From the NCBI GenBank assembly GCA_038247245.1, contig JBBRVE010000004.1, positions 22,485 through 86,484 on the forward strand: a stretch of 64,000 nucleotides of DNA, written 5' to 3'. The DNA comes from Bdellovibrionales bacterium. Its GTDB lineage: Bacteria; Pseudomonadota; Alphaproteobacteria; Micavibrionales; UBA2020. The position numbers and the translations under genes are program-made. Positions 26,367 to 36,281 of the stretch are shown in pieces. Under the pieces are notes generated by a model that did no database searches, had not been told where the DNA came from, and saw only the letters and a program-made list of their open reading frames with translations. The stretch's first letter is position 1. The number at the start of each line of letters is the position of its first letter.

Positions 26367-28187
26367 TTACTGGCAGGCCAGGCATTCGTCGTATTTGGTG
26401 CCGGAAGACGATGCTGCGTTCAGCTCCGCCTTTTTCAGCTTGCCGTCGCCGCCATGCGCGTTTTCGGCGCGCTGGATCGATTTCGAGCGGCAGTAATACA
26501 GCGATTTCACGCCTTTTTTCCAGGCCATCCAGTGAATTTGGTGCAGGTCGCGCTTGTGCACGTCTGCGGGCAGGAACACGTTCAGCGACTGCGCCTGGCA
26601 AATGTAAGGAGTACGGTCAGCCGCGTGTTCGATCAGCCAGCGCTGGTCGAGTTCGAACGCGGTCTTGAACACATCCTTTTCATCCTGTGACAGGAAGTCG
26701 AGATGCTGGACGGAACCTTCATGCGTGGTGATATCCGACCACACATCGTCATTGTTCATTCCTTTTGCTTCCAGCACCAGCTCCAGCGCCTTGTTGCGCA
26801 CAAGGTGCGAACCGGACAGGGTCTTGTGCGTGTAGGCGTTGGCGGAGTTGGGCTCGATGCCGGGGCTTGCGCCGCCGGTGATGATCGAAATCGACGCGGT
26901 GGGCGCAATCGCGATCTTGTTCGAGAAACGCTCCATGATGCCGTATTCTTTTGCATCGGGGCACGGGCCGCGCTCGTGGGCCAGTTTGACGCTTGCAGCG
27001 TCAGCGCCTGCTTTCAGGTGCTTGAACATGCGCTTGTTCCAGACTTTCGCCATCACGGATTCAAGCGGGATCATTTTGGTTTGCAGGAAGCTGTGGAAGC
27101 CCATCACGCCCAAACCGATCGAGCGTTCGCGCATCGCTGCGTATTTCGCGCGCATCATGCTGTCGGGCGCGCGGCGGATGAAATCTTCCAGCACGTTGTC
27201 GAGGAAGCGGCAGATATCTTCCACAAATGTCGGGTGATCTTCCCATTCCTCGAAGTTTTCGAGGTTGACGGAGGACAGGCAGCAGACCGCGGTGCGTTCC
27301 TGACCGTGATGGTCTTTGCCGGTGGGCAAAGTGATCTCGGAGCAGAGGTTCGACATCTTCACGTTCAGGCCGGCCAGTTTATGGTGTTCCGGAATGGCGC
27401 GGTTCACATGGTCGGAGAACAGCAGGTAGGGTTCGCCGGTTTCGATGCGGGCGGTCAGGATGCGGATCCAGAGCGCACGTGCGTTGACGCGCTCGATGAT
27501 CGCGCCGTCCTTGGCGGAGGTCAGCGCCCATTCTTCGTCTTTTTCAACAGCGCGCATGAACGCGTCCGAGATAACGACCCCATGGTGCAGGTTGAGCGCC
27601 TTGCGGTTGGGATCGCCGCCCGAGGGTTTGCGCATTTCGATGAATTCCTCGATCTCGGGATGCGAGATGGGGAGATACACGGCGGCGGAGCCACGGCGCA
27701 GCGAACCTTGGGAGATTGCAAGAGTGAGGGAGTCCATCACGCGGATGAACGGGACGATGCCGGAGGTCTTGCCGTTCTTGCCGACTTTTTCGCCGATGGA
27801 GCGCAGGTTGCCCCAATAGGAACCGATCCCGCCGCCGCGCGACGCGAGCCAGACGTTTTCATTCCAGAGGTCGACGATGCCGCTGAGGCTGTCATCGGTT
27901 TCGTTCAGGAAGCAGGAAATGGGCAGGCCGCGATCGGTGCCGCCGTTCGACAGGACGGGCGTTGCGGGCATGAACCACAATTTGGAGATATAGTCATAAA
28001 GACGCTGCGCATGGGCCGCATCATCCGAATAGGACATGGCGACGCGCGCAAAAAGATCCTGGAAAGATTCGCCCGGAAGCAGGTAACGGTCCAGCAAAGT
28101 CGCCTTGCCGAATTCCGTCAAATTGGAATCGCGCGCGCGGTCAATAGTGACCTTGGCGCCCTTCGCCACTTGTGCAACATCAAACAT
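26367..28187 (-). CDS. nrdA: Ribonucleoside-diphosphate reductase alpha subunit (short form, no obvious ATP-cone)
   Basis: 606 aa. GLPISCFLN, NLCSEITLPT and a C-terminal redox tail YDECLACQ. Confidence 0.92.
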   Translation of the reverse strand: MFDVAQVAKGAKVTIDRARDSNLTEFGKATLLDRYLLPGESFQDLFARVAMSYSDDAAHAQRLYDYISKLWFMPATPVLSNGGTDRGLPISCFLNETDDSLSGIVDLWNENVWLASRGGGIGSYWGNLRSIGEKVGKNGKTSGIVPFIRVMDSLTLAISQGSLRRGSAAVYLPISHPEIEEFIEMRKPSGGDPNRKALNLHHGVVISDAFMRAVEKDEEWALTSAKDGAIIERVNARALWIRILTARIETGEPYLLFSDHVNRAIPEHHKLAGLNVKMSNLCSEITLPTGKDHHGQERTAVCCLSSVNLENFEEWEDHPTFVEDICRFLDNVLEDFIRRAPDSMMRAKYAAMRERSIGLGVMGFHSFLQTKMIPLESVMAKVWNKRMFKHLKAGADAASVKLAHERGPCPDAKEYGIMERFSNKIAIAPTASISIITGGASPGIEPNSANAYTHKTLSGSHLVRNKALELVLEAKGMNNDDVWSDITTHEGSVQHLDFLSQDEKDVFKTAFELDQRWLIEHAADRTPYICQAQSLNVFLPADVHKRDLHQIHWMAWKKGVKSLYYCRSKSIQRAENAHGGDGKLKKAELNAASSSGTKYDECLACQ

Positions 28188-28652
28188 GAATCATCTCCCC
28201 GTAATACTTCGATTTATTCTTTTTTTTATTGTTTTCCGCTTCGACTCTCCGCGATAAGCCATTCAAATTGATTGAAAAGCAGACCTTGGAAATACAGGTA
28301 AAGGCACTAAGCCTTGTGACCTGATAAGAGAAAGCATACCACATCTTGGGGGTCTGTCTAGAAAAGCGACCGACATAAATTTTCAGTGCGGGCCATATTT
28401 TTTCTTGACCAGCAACAATGCGCAGGAAAAACGGGGCTTCCTGACGAAAACTTTTTTTTGGCCGCGAACCGCTCATTTTTCCTATCCACGGCAGTCAGGG
28501 AAAATCATGCTGACTGTTATAAAGATATGGTAAGAACGGACGCAAATTTCAACTATTTGAGTCGCTCCAGAATATCACTGACTCGTTAAACAAGTGTTAA
28601 GATCGCGGCGCGGAGTCCGGCGCGGGAATTTCGCAATAATATTTCAAAAAGC

Positions 28653-29402
28653 TCAGGGTGATTTCGGCTTAAACGTCGCCGTGCGCGGTGCGGCAAGCGG
28701 CGTGCCCGCGCCGGTCTTCAAATTCTGGATCACGTTTTCGACGTCTTTTTTGCGTGCTGTTTCGGTGCGGTGTTCGACCACGATATTGATTTCGGATTCC
28801 AGCCCCGTTTCGATTGCGAATGTCATGTGCCGCGCTTCATCCAGCGCGGTGTTGCCCATTTTATCGCGCAGGGTTTCATCCATCCCATGCGCCAGCAGCA
28901 CGCGGATCACGTCCTGCGCGCCCCTGTCATCATCCGCCCAGATCGCGTAATGCAACGCGCTTTGTTCTTCGCGGTTCACGGCATTCACGGCTGCGCCATG
29001 TTTGATCAGCGCGGTTGCACAATCGGCGCAACCCGCGCGTGATGCCGACATCATCGGCGTATAAAGCTGCGCATTGCCAAGGTTGGCATCCGCGCCTTTT
29101 TCCAGCAGCCATTCGACGGCATGCACATGGCGCTTGGACGTTGCCACCAGCAGCGGCGTTTCGCCGACGATGTTGCGCGCATGGATATCCGCACCGGCAT
29201 TCAGCAAGGCTTCCATCACCTTCATATGCCCGTGATACGCGGCAAGGTGCAGCGCGGTCGTGCCCATCACCTGCTTGGTCGCCTTGTCGGCAACCGCTTC
29301 CTTCGCAAGGTTGGGATAGGCCGCCAGCATGTTGCGCACACCCTGGTCATGGCCGCGCGCTGCAAGGTCGAGGAATTGTTCAAGCAAAACCGGCTTCGAC
29401 AT
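28653..29402 (-). CDS. Ankyrin-repeat protein (tandem paralogue A)
   Basis: GTTALHLAAYHGHMKVMEALLNAGADIHARNIVGETPLLVATSKRHVHAVEWLLEKGADANL and further ANK repeats. Start at Met44 (ATG at 29402), 1 nt after the upstream stop. Confidence 0.8.
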   Translation of the reverse strand: MSKPVLLEQFLDLAARGHDQGVRNMLAAYPNLAKEAVADKATKQVMGTTALHLAAYHGHMKVMEALLNAGADIHARNIVGETPLLVATSKRHVHAVEWLLEKGADANLGNAQLYTPMMSASRAGCADCATALIKHGAAVNAVNREEQSALHYAIWADDDRGAQDVIRVLLAHGMDETLRDKMGNTALDEARHMTFAIETGLESEINIVVEHRTETARKKDVENVIQNLKTGAGTPLAAPRTATFKPKSP

Positions 29403-29403
29403 G

Positions 29404-30228
29404 TTACGGCGCTGCCCCTGCTGGTGGTTTCTTTTTAAAATGCGCGGTGGTGGGGCCGTGCAGCGGCTTGCCTGCGCCATGCTGGAACGGGGCGGCCAGT
29501 TTGCCGAAGCATTCCTTATGCGTTGCCACATCGTTGCGGTTCTTCATCAGCAGGGCGTGCGCGGCGGCGCTTTCGATAAACGCGGCGACTTCGAATTTTC
29601 CCTCGGCGCGGGCGTTATCGGCGGCTGTATACCCCTCCATATTGCGGAGATTGGCATTGATGCCGCGGTCCAGCAGCAGGCGGATCACGGGTTGCGGGCA
29701 GTTTTCGGCATGGATGGCGAAATGCAGCGCGCTGTCCATCGCCTCGCTGCGCGCATTGATTTTCGCTTTATGGTCCAGCAGCGTTTCGATCACCGCCATC
29801 GCCCTGTTACGCGCGGCATACATCAGGGGCGTGTAACCTTCGGAGGCTTTATGATTGGCGTTTGCGCCCTTTTGCAGCAGGAATGCCGCAACATCGGCCT
29901 GCGCATGCATCGCGGCTTCCATCAGCGGCGTCTGCCCCATCAAATCCTCGGCATCCAGCTTCGCGTGCGCCTGCACTAGATCCTGCACGATGCCCAGATG
30001 CCCGCCACGGGCGGCCAGATGCAATGCGGTTGAACCCGTTTGCATCCCATGCGCATCAAGCTTGCGCACTGAATGCACAAGCCCCTTGAAGTTGGCCAGC
30101 ATGTCGTTCACGGCAGCGCGGTCGCCATTCGCCGCCGCATCCAGAAAGCGCGTCACCAGCTTGCGGCGCGTCGTGCCCGATATCGGGCCCGTCGGTTTCG
30201 CGCTGCGGCTGTTAAATGTCGGCTTCAT
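29404..30228 (-). CDS. Ankyrin-repeat protein (tandem paralogue B)
   Basis: GSTALHLAARGGHLGIVQDLV...GQTPLMEAAMHAQADVAAFLLQKGANANHKASEGYTPLMYAARN. Start taken at Met14 (ATG at 30228). Confidence 0.8.
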   Translation of the reverse strand: MKPTFNSRSAKPTGPISGTTRRKLVTRFLDAAANGDRAAVNDMLANFKGLVHSVRKLDAHGMQTGSTALHLAARGGHLGIVQDLVQAHAKLDAEDLMGQTPLMEAAMHAQADVAAFLLQKGANANHKASEGYTPLMYAARNRAMAVIETLLDHKAKINARSEAMDSALHFAIHAENCPQPVIRLLLDRGINANLRNMEGYTAADNARAEGKFEVAAFIESAAAHALLMKNRNDVATHKECFGKLAAPFQHGAGKPLHGPTTAHFKKKPPAGAAP

Positions 30229-30521
30229 ATATGTCCTGGGAATCCAGCTTCGGTTAAGCATTTGCATAACACTTCGGATAGATCGCGCCTAGATGATTCG
30301 AGGATACATATATTACGGAATACTAATAAAGTTACTGACTCCGGACTCGCGCGGGGTTCAATCTTGCTGAATAACAGCTGTTCATGGTCATTTTCGGTTT
30401 ATTTTCAGCACCTTGTTGACAATGTTGCGGTGCGGAAGCAGATTGCGCTCACGAAACAAAATGTCGCCGTTAAGAAAAAGCAAAAACGCTGCGGCTGACA
30501 TAACAAAGAAAGACTTTAGGT

Positions 30522-30743
30522 GTGCAAATGAACAACGATTTCTCCAACACGAACAACTTCTTCTCCCGCTCGATCGTCTCGGCCTTTACCGCGTCGACCA
30601 AAGCCAGCGAAGCCGGCCAGCATTATGTGCGCGCCCGCCATCATCACGTTGAAGCGCCCCGCCACGCTCTCGATTACACCCGCGTGCATTTCAACGTCGG
30701 CCCCCGCGACGATGGCCGCGCACCTGCAATGGTCATGGCATAA
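30522..30743 (+). CDS. Small hypothetical protein (about 71-73 aa, His-rich)
   Basis: Strong third-position GC bias consistent with coding. No motif recognised (…QHYVRARHHHVEAPRHALDYTRVHF…). Confidence 0.4.
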   Translation: MQMNNDFSNTNNFFSRSIVSAFTASTKASEAGQHYVRARHHHVEAPRHALDYTRVHFNVGPRDDGRAPAMVMA

Positions 30744-30806
30744 CGATATAGGTCTTGCGGGGTGCGGACTGGCCTAGTATGAATCCTTTGACTAGAAGGA
30801 TTTAAG

Positions 30807-32225
30807 ATGGCCAAACGCTCCCGCAAGACCAAAATCGTCGCGACCCTCGGACCGGCTTCCTCCACGCCGGAAATGGTCAGGGCACTTTATGAAACCGGCG
30901 TCGACGTATTCCGCCTGAATTTCAGCCACGGCAACCACGAAGACCACCAGAAACGCATCAGCATCATCCGCGACCTTGAAAAGGAATGCGGCTGCCCCAT
31001 CGGCGTCTTCGCCGATTTGCAGGGCCCGAAACTGCGCCTTGGCACTTTTGAAAACAGTTTTGTCGATGTCGTGAAGGGCATGCGCGTCCGCCTTGATTCC
31101 GACCCCTCCCCCGGCAACGTTACCCGCGTCTGCCTGCCGCATCCCGAAGTGATGGACGTGCTGGTCGAAGGCGCCGATATTTTGCTCGATGACGGCAAGG
31201 TGCATCTGCATGTCGTCAAAAAAGGCCCCGACTGGGTTGAAACCGAAGTGATTGCCGGTAAAAGGCTGTCCGACCGCAAGGGCGTCAACCTGCCCAACGT
31301 CATCCTGAAATCGAACGTCATCACCGATAAAGACCGCCGCGACCTCGAAGCCGCCTGCACAATGGGCGCGGATTGGATTGCGCTGTCATTCGTACAACGC
31401 CCCGAAGATGTGGCGGAGGCGCGGAAACTGGTCGCCGGCCGCGCCAAGATCATTTCCAAGCTCGAAAAACCCTCGGCCATCACCCATCTGCACGCGATCA
31501 TCGAATTGTCGGATGCGGTCATGGTGGCGCGCGGCGACCTCGGTGTTGAAATTCCGGCCGAAAAAGTACCGGCTGTGCAAAAGCACATCATTTTGGCCGC
31601 ACGCAAGGCGGGCAAGCCCGTGATCGTGGCGACGCAGATGCTGGAATCCATGATTTCCTCCCCGCGCCCGACGCGCGCCGAAGCCTCCGACGTCGCAACC
31701 GCAATTTATGACGGCACTGATGCCGTGATGCTCTCGGCCGAAACGGCATCGGGCGAATATCCGCTGGAGGCCGTTTCCATCATGGACCGCATCGCCAAGG
31801 ATGTGGAGCAAGACGACCTGTACCGCCGCATCATGGACGCGGAACACCCCGACCCCGACAAAACATCGCCCGATGCGATCACCGCCGCCGCATCGACCGT
31901 GGCCGCCACCATTTCCGCCGCCGCCATCGTCAATTATACGACATCGGGCACCACCGCGCTCCGCACCGCGCGCGAACGCCCGTCGGTGCCGGTGCTGTGC
32001 CTGACATCCGACCTGGTTGTGGCGCGCCGCCTGCAACTGTCCTATGGCGTTTATCCCGTGCATACCGACGACGTCGATAATTTCGGCGACATGGTGAAAA
32101 AGGCAGCCGTTCTCGCGCTCGAGCATAAAATCGCCGACAAGGGCCAGCGCCTCGTCATCACCGCCGGCGTCCCCTTCGGCACGCCCGGCTCGACAAACGC
32201 GCTGCGGATTGCTTGGGTGGAATAA
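30807..32225 (+). CDS. pyk: Pyruvate kinase
   Basis: KIVATLGPAS, FRLNFSHG and MVARGDLGVEIP signatures. 472 aa. Confidence 0.92.
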   Translation: MAKRSRKTKIVATLGPASSTPEMVRALYETGVDVFRLNFSHGNHEDHQKRISIIRDLEKECGCPIGVFADLQGPKLRLGTFENSFVDVVKGMRVRLDSDPSPGNVTRVCLPHPEVMDVLVEGADILLDDGKVHLHVVKKGPDWVETEVIAGKRLSDRKGVNLPNVILKSNVITDKDRRDLEAACTMGADWIALSFVQRPEDVAEARKLVAGRAKIISKLEKPSAITHLHAIIELSDAVMVARGDLGVEIPAEKVPAVQKHIILAARKAGKPVIVATQMLESMISSPRPTRAEASDVATAIYDGTDAVMLSAETASGEYPLEAVSIMDRIAKDVEQDDLYRRIMDAEHPDPDKTSPDAITAAASTVAATISAAAIVNYTTSGTTALRTARERPSVPVLCLTSDLVVARRLQLSYGVYPVHTDDVDNFGDMVKKAAVLALEHKIADKGQRLVITAGVPFGTPGSTNALRIAWVE

Positions 32226-32243
32226 ACAAATAAAGGAAATAGA

Positions 32244-34115
32244 ATGTCGCCTTTTGTTTTAAGTAAAGAAAACACCTTTGTGGCGGCATTGACGAGATTT
32301 CCCCTCGTCGTCGTATTCCTGTTCGCGTTGGCCATTTTATGCCTGACACCAGACTTGTGGAAGAATGACGCGCTCGGCGATGCGATAACCTTTATCGTAC
32401 TCTCTCTTATTTCGACGACTGCTATCCGGCTGTTTACAGAGGCGCGCGGATTAAGCGAGCTTTGGCCTGCGCTCGGCGTTCTTTTCGCCGCGGCTGTGAC
32501 ATGGCTGGTGCCCGACTACCAGCTGCCCATACTCTACGTATTGACCGCCAGCTGCCTCTGCCTTTCGGTGGCGCCATTTATCGCCCTACGGAAAACAGAC
32601 GCCGATTTCTGGCGCTTTAAATACGAGCTTGCCGCCGGTTTTTTTACTTCCGCCCTCTACGCCTTCCTGCTTGCCGCAGGCGTCACAGCCATTTGGTTTC
32701 TGCTGTCGCAGGCATTAGGCATTCACAAGCGCAGCTTTTTCAACCTTTACGGAATCGACAAGATATGGCTGGTAAGCTGGACGCTGTTTTTTCCCGCCGT
32801 TTTTGCGACCCGCATCTCCATGCAGGCCAATGTCAACAGCAGCACGCCGCCAAGCGCAAGCTTTTCATTCATCGTCAACCGGCTGGTGCTGCCGCTGATG
32901 ATACTGCTGATTGCCACTTACTACCTGTACGCGCTCAAGGTCGCATTCACCGGCGAGCTTGACCGGGCGATGGCGGCGAAAATTTCTCTGTCGATCTGCA
33001 CAGTCGGCATATTCGTGCGCTTCCTGTCATTTCCCGCACAACGCGCTGGCGACAGGTTGGCAGCTTTTTACTACAAATATTTTTATTCAATCGCCATCTT
33101 TCCCCTTGGCTGCGGCATCTATGCACTGGCTTGCACGGTTTCACGTTATGGCATGACGGATGCAAGATATACCGGCGGATTGCTTTTCCTGTGGGTGGCT
33201 GTGCTTGCAGCCCAGAACCTTGCCGCACAGGCACAGGCTCGCCTTTACAACGCCCCCGCCCTGCTGGCTGCGTTACTCCTGTTCTGCGCCTACGGCCCGC
33301 ACAGCGTTGTGGAATTGCCCGCCCGGTCACAGGTTGAGCAACCAACCAAGATGCTGCAGAAGGTGGGCGTCGTTCTGATGGACGGAAAAATTCAGCCTGT
33401 GCCGCAAGAACCCAGTTTTGTCGACCAAAAGAAAATTTCATCGGCAGTGGACTATATTTCTTCGCAGGGGGATTACAGCCGTATCCAGCATCTTGTCACA
33501 CCAATCCGCGATGTGTTGCCGGAAGCAAACGGGCGCACGACACCTTGCCGCCGTAGCCTGTTCCAGTGGAACTGCTATAGAAATTACAACGTTATGCAGG
33601 ACATCATGGAAACATGGGGGATGCAGTACATACCGCCCCACCAGCGTGAACTGCAGGCCAGAAACCCCAAGACATTGTCAATCCATGTGCTGCAGAACGA
33701 TTGGGGAAACTTCGCCAAGGTTATCACCTTCGCGCCCTTTACCTACGGCACGACAATATCGACCAGTGTGGATAATGCCCCAAAATCGAACGAAAGAAAA
33801 TATGGCGACGGAAAACAAATATCCTTATTGCTCAATACCGCAGAAATGTCCGCGACGCTGGATGACGGTCGCATTGTGCATTTTGCCGTGAGCGAAGCTT
33901 TTCAAAAACTCCAGACGGATAACAAGCAGTTGACAAAAGCGCACACCCGCAACCAGCGGCACGTTACGGATGACGAAGTCGCGGTGACGATTATTCCGGG
34001 CACAGGCGATTTCCCCGCCGAGCTGCGGCTGACCAACCTGTATGGGCAGGAAAAAGATGGCGGAATGAAAATAACAAGCATTTCAGGTGTCCTGCTGTTT
34101 TCCGACGACAAATAA
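32244..34115 (+). CDS. Polytopic membrane protein with a C-terminal soluble domain (possibly DUF4153-like; family name from memory, unverified)
   Basis: About 10-12 hydrophobic helices over aa 1-370, then a ~250-aa soluble domain. Clear paralogy to 34232-36127 (for example YGMTDARYTGGLLFLWVAVLAA versus YGVTEERYAIALAFVWLAGLTA). Confidence 0.7.
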   Translation: MSPFVLSKENTFVAALTRFPLVVVFLFALAILCLTPDLWKNDALGDAITFIVLSLISTTAIRLFTEARGLSELWPALGVLFAAAVTWLVPDYQLPILYVLTASCLCLSVAPFIALRKTDADFWRFKYELAAGFFTSALYAFLLAAGVTAIWFLLSQALGIHKRSFFNLYGIDKIWLVSWTLFFPAVFATRISMQANVNSSTPPSASFSFIVNRLVLPLMILLIATYYLYALKVAFTGELDRAMAAKISLSICTVGIFVRFLSFPAQRAGDRLAAFYYKYFYSIAIFPLGCGIYALACTVSRYGMTDARYTGGLLFLWVAVLAAQNLAAQAQARLYNAPALLAALLLFCAYGPHSVVELPARSQVEQPTKMLQKVGVVLMDGKIQPVPQEPSFVDQKKISSAVDYISSQGDYSRIQHLVTPIRDVLPEANGRTTPCRRSLFQWNCYRNYNVMQDIMETWGMQYIPPHQRELQARNPKTLSIHVLQNDWGNFAKVITFAPFTYGTTISTSVDNAPKSNERKYGDGKQISLLLNTAEMSATLDDGRIVHFAVSEAFQKLQTDNKQLTKAHTRNQRHVTDDEVAVTIIPGTGDFPAELRLTNLYGQEKDGGMKITSISGVLLFSDDK

Positions 34116-34231
34116 CCATCTGCACAAAATTGCCTTAATTTTGCCTTGCCGCCGTCATAATTCGACTCCGGCCCGTGTGGTAATCTGGGGGATAGACTGG
34201 ATATAAAAATTATATTTACGGCAGGTGGCAG

Positions 34232-36127
34232 ATGGATTTTAAGGCGTTTATCCGGCGGTTTCAGGTTGAGTATGTTTATAACGTATTAAAGGAAGCGTTT
34301 ATCCGTTTCCCCCTGTCGGTCATTTGCGCGAGCGGCGCGACCGTTACCTCGATCCTCGATACCCATGATGTTTCATGGCTGACGGATGACACGATTTACC
34401 GGCTGATGACGTTTTTCGCCAACGGCCTTGCGCTGTTCACGGCGGCGGGGCTGTATGCGGAAAGCGTGAACCTTGAGAAGACGCGCAAATGGGCGCTGAT
34501 GGCGGTTGGTGCGGGCGTGGCGGCGGCGTTTGCGTTTATCCCCGACCATTTTACATCTGCACAATTGTTTTTCGGCTTTGCGGTTGGGCTGACGATGCTG
34601 TTCGCGCCCTATATCGGGCGCAAGGCGCTGGAGGAAAGCGTCTGGCAGTTCAATTACCTGAACGGCGTCGGCCTCGCGATTGCGGGCATTTCGACCTTTG
34701 TGCTGTGCGCCGGTTTGTCGGCCATTCTGGGGTCGATGAATTACCTGTTCCCGATCCTTGATATTCCCGGCCGCATCTATGGCGATATCTGGATTTTCGG
34801 TGCGTTTTTCTTTGGCCCTGTCGCGTTCATGTACCAGATCCCGCGCCAGTTCGATTTTCTGGCGATGGATTGCGAGATGCCGAAGGGGATTTCGTTTATC
34901 GCCAATTTTCTTGTCGTGCCGCTGGTACTGATTTACACCTTCATCCTGTACGTCTATTCGGCGAAGATCGTCGCGCTGTGGGAATTACCCAAGGGCAACC
35001 TTGCCTATCTGGTGACGGGTTTCGGCGCGGCGGGGGTGGCGGCACGGCTGGCCGTTTTCCCGATGCGGCATACCGGCACGATATTGCTGCAGCAGTTTTA
35101 TAAATATTTCCCGTACCTGCTGCTGATCCCCCTCGCCCTTTTGGCGCTCGGCATCTATACGCGCATCAGCCAGTACGGCGTGACGGAAGAACGTTATGCG
35201 ATTGCGCTCGCGTTTGTGTGGCTGGCGGGGCTGACCGCATGGCAGATCTTGCGCCCGCGCGCGCAGCATATCAAACAAGTGCCGATGGCGCTGGCGGCGT
35301 TGCTGTTCATGGCATCCTTCGGCCCGTGGAGCGCGGTGCCGGTATCGGAAAACAGCCAGCTGGCGCGCCTCGAAGGCATGCTGCTGAAGACAGGCGTGAA
35401 AAACCCCGCTGGCGGCTATGCCAAAATCACGGATGAAGTGCCGTTCGAGACGCGCAAGGAAATCAGCTCCATCCTCGATTATTTTTATGAAGACCAGAAG
35501 TCCGGAAAAATTGCACATATCGAAGCGCCGTTCATCGCGGCGATAAAGGTAAAGTACAAGGATTACGACTGGGATGACCCCCAACATTGCGGCAGTCGCG
35601 GCTTCACGCGCTGCTGGAGCTATTACGGGCGCGGCGAAAAACTGATGCAGGCGATGGGGTTGCGTTACGTCAACCGTTACGACACCGAGGGCACGAATGA
35701 CGATTTCACGGTGCGCGCCAACACGCTCGACTGGAACATCGACACGCTGACACGGGTTGCGCCTTACGATTACATCGTGCGTTTCTGGGCGTATTCGTAT
35801 AACCAGACCGACTGGACGACCGAGCGAATCTTCCGCGAGGGCGGCAAAGATATACTGGCCGTCAAATTCAACATGACGGTGGCGGGTGTATTCACGGTGT
35901 CGACGCGCGATGGCCGCGCCGTATCGTTTGACCTGATGCCCGTGCTGTCTGGATTATATGCGGAGAAAAAAAGTGACGTGCAGGAGAACGAGGCGGGCCG
36001 CATGATGCTGACCGGGGAATCACAAGGCCTGCGCGTCGCCCTGCGCATGGGCGAACTGCGCGGCAAGGTAGTTGCGGGTAAACTGAATTTCGAAGGCGCG
36101 CAGATTACGGTGCTGTTGTCGCCGTAA
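34232..36127 (+). CDS. Polytopic membrane protein, paralogue of 32244-34115
   Basis: Same architecture and shared blocks (FYKYFPYLLLIPLALLALGIY versus FYYKYFYSIAIFPLGCGIY). Confidence 0.7.
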   Translation: MDFKAFIRRFQVEYVYNVLKEAFIRFPLSVICASGATVTSILDTHDVSWLTDDTIYRLMTFFANGLALFTAAGLYAESVNLEKTRKWALMAVGAGVAAAFAFIPDHFTSAQLFFGFAVGLTMLFAPYIGRKALEESVWQFNYLNGVGLAIAGISTFVLCAGLSAILGSMNYLFPILDIPGRIYGDIWIFGAFFFGPVAFMYQIPRQFDFLAMDCEMPKGISFIANFLVVPLVLIYTFILYVYSAKIVALWELPKGNLAYLVTGFGAAGVAARLAVFPMRHTGTILLQQFYKYFPYLLLIPLALLALGIYTRISQYGVTEERYAIALAFVWLAGLTAWQILRPRAQHIKQVPMALAALLFMASFGPWSAVPVSENSQLARLEGMLLKTGVKNPAGGYAKITDEVPFETRKEISSILDYFYEDQKSGKIAHIEAPFIAAIKVKYKDYDWDDPQHCGSRGFTRCWSYYGRGEKLMQAMGLRYVNRYDTEGTNDDFTVRANTLDWNIDTLTRVAPYDYIVRFWAYSYNQTDWTTERIFREGGKDILAVKFNMTVAGVFTVSTRDGRAVSFDLMPVLSGLYAEKKSDVQENEAGRMMLTGESQGLRVALRMGELRGKVVAGKLNFEGAQITVLLSP

Positions 36128-36281
36128 TGACGCTATTCTTTGCTGGTTTCAGGTATCAAGACACCGCAAACCCTTAATAACCCGCTATCGCAAATACCCG
36201 CTTGACATATACTCTTAACGCAGATATGTTATGCTCTTATTGAGAATATATTACAATCTCATCGAGCATAAGAGGGTGTCC

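Noticed and set aside
26703-28271. 522-aa plus-strand ORF
   Set aside because: It lies entirely antisense to nrdA, whose catalytic motifs are unambiguous. The product is Arg/Gly/Ala/His-rich with no motif. This is a typical shadow ORF of a high-GC gene.
28188-28652. 465-nt leader upstream of nrdA, inspected for NrdR boxes or a cobalamin riboswitch
   Set aside because: I could not find a convincing 16-bp NrdR-type palindrome or the B12-box core by eye. The region is AT-rich with only weak hairpins. An Rfam scan would be needed, and I make no call.
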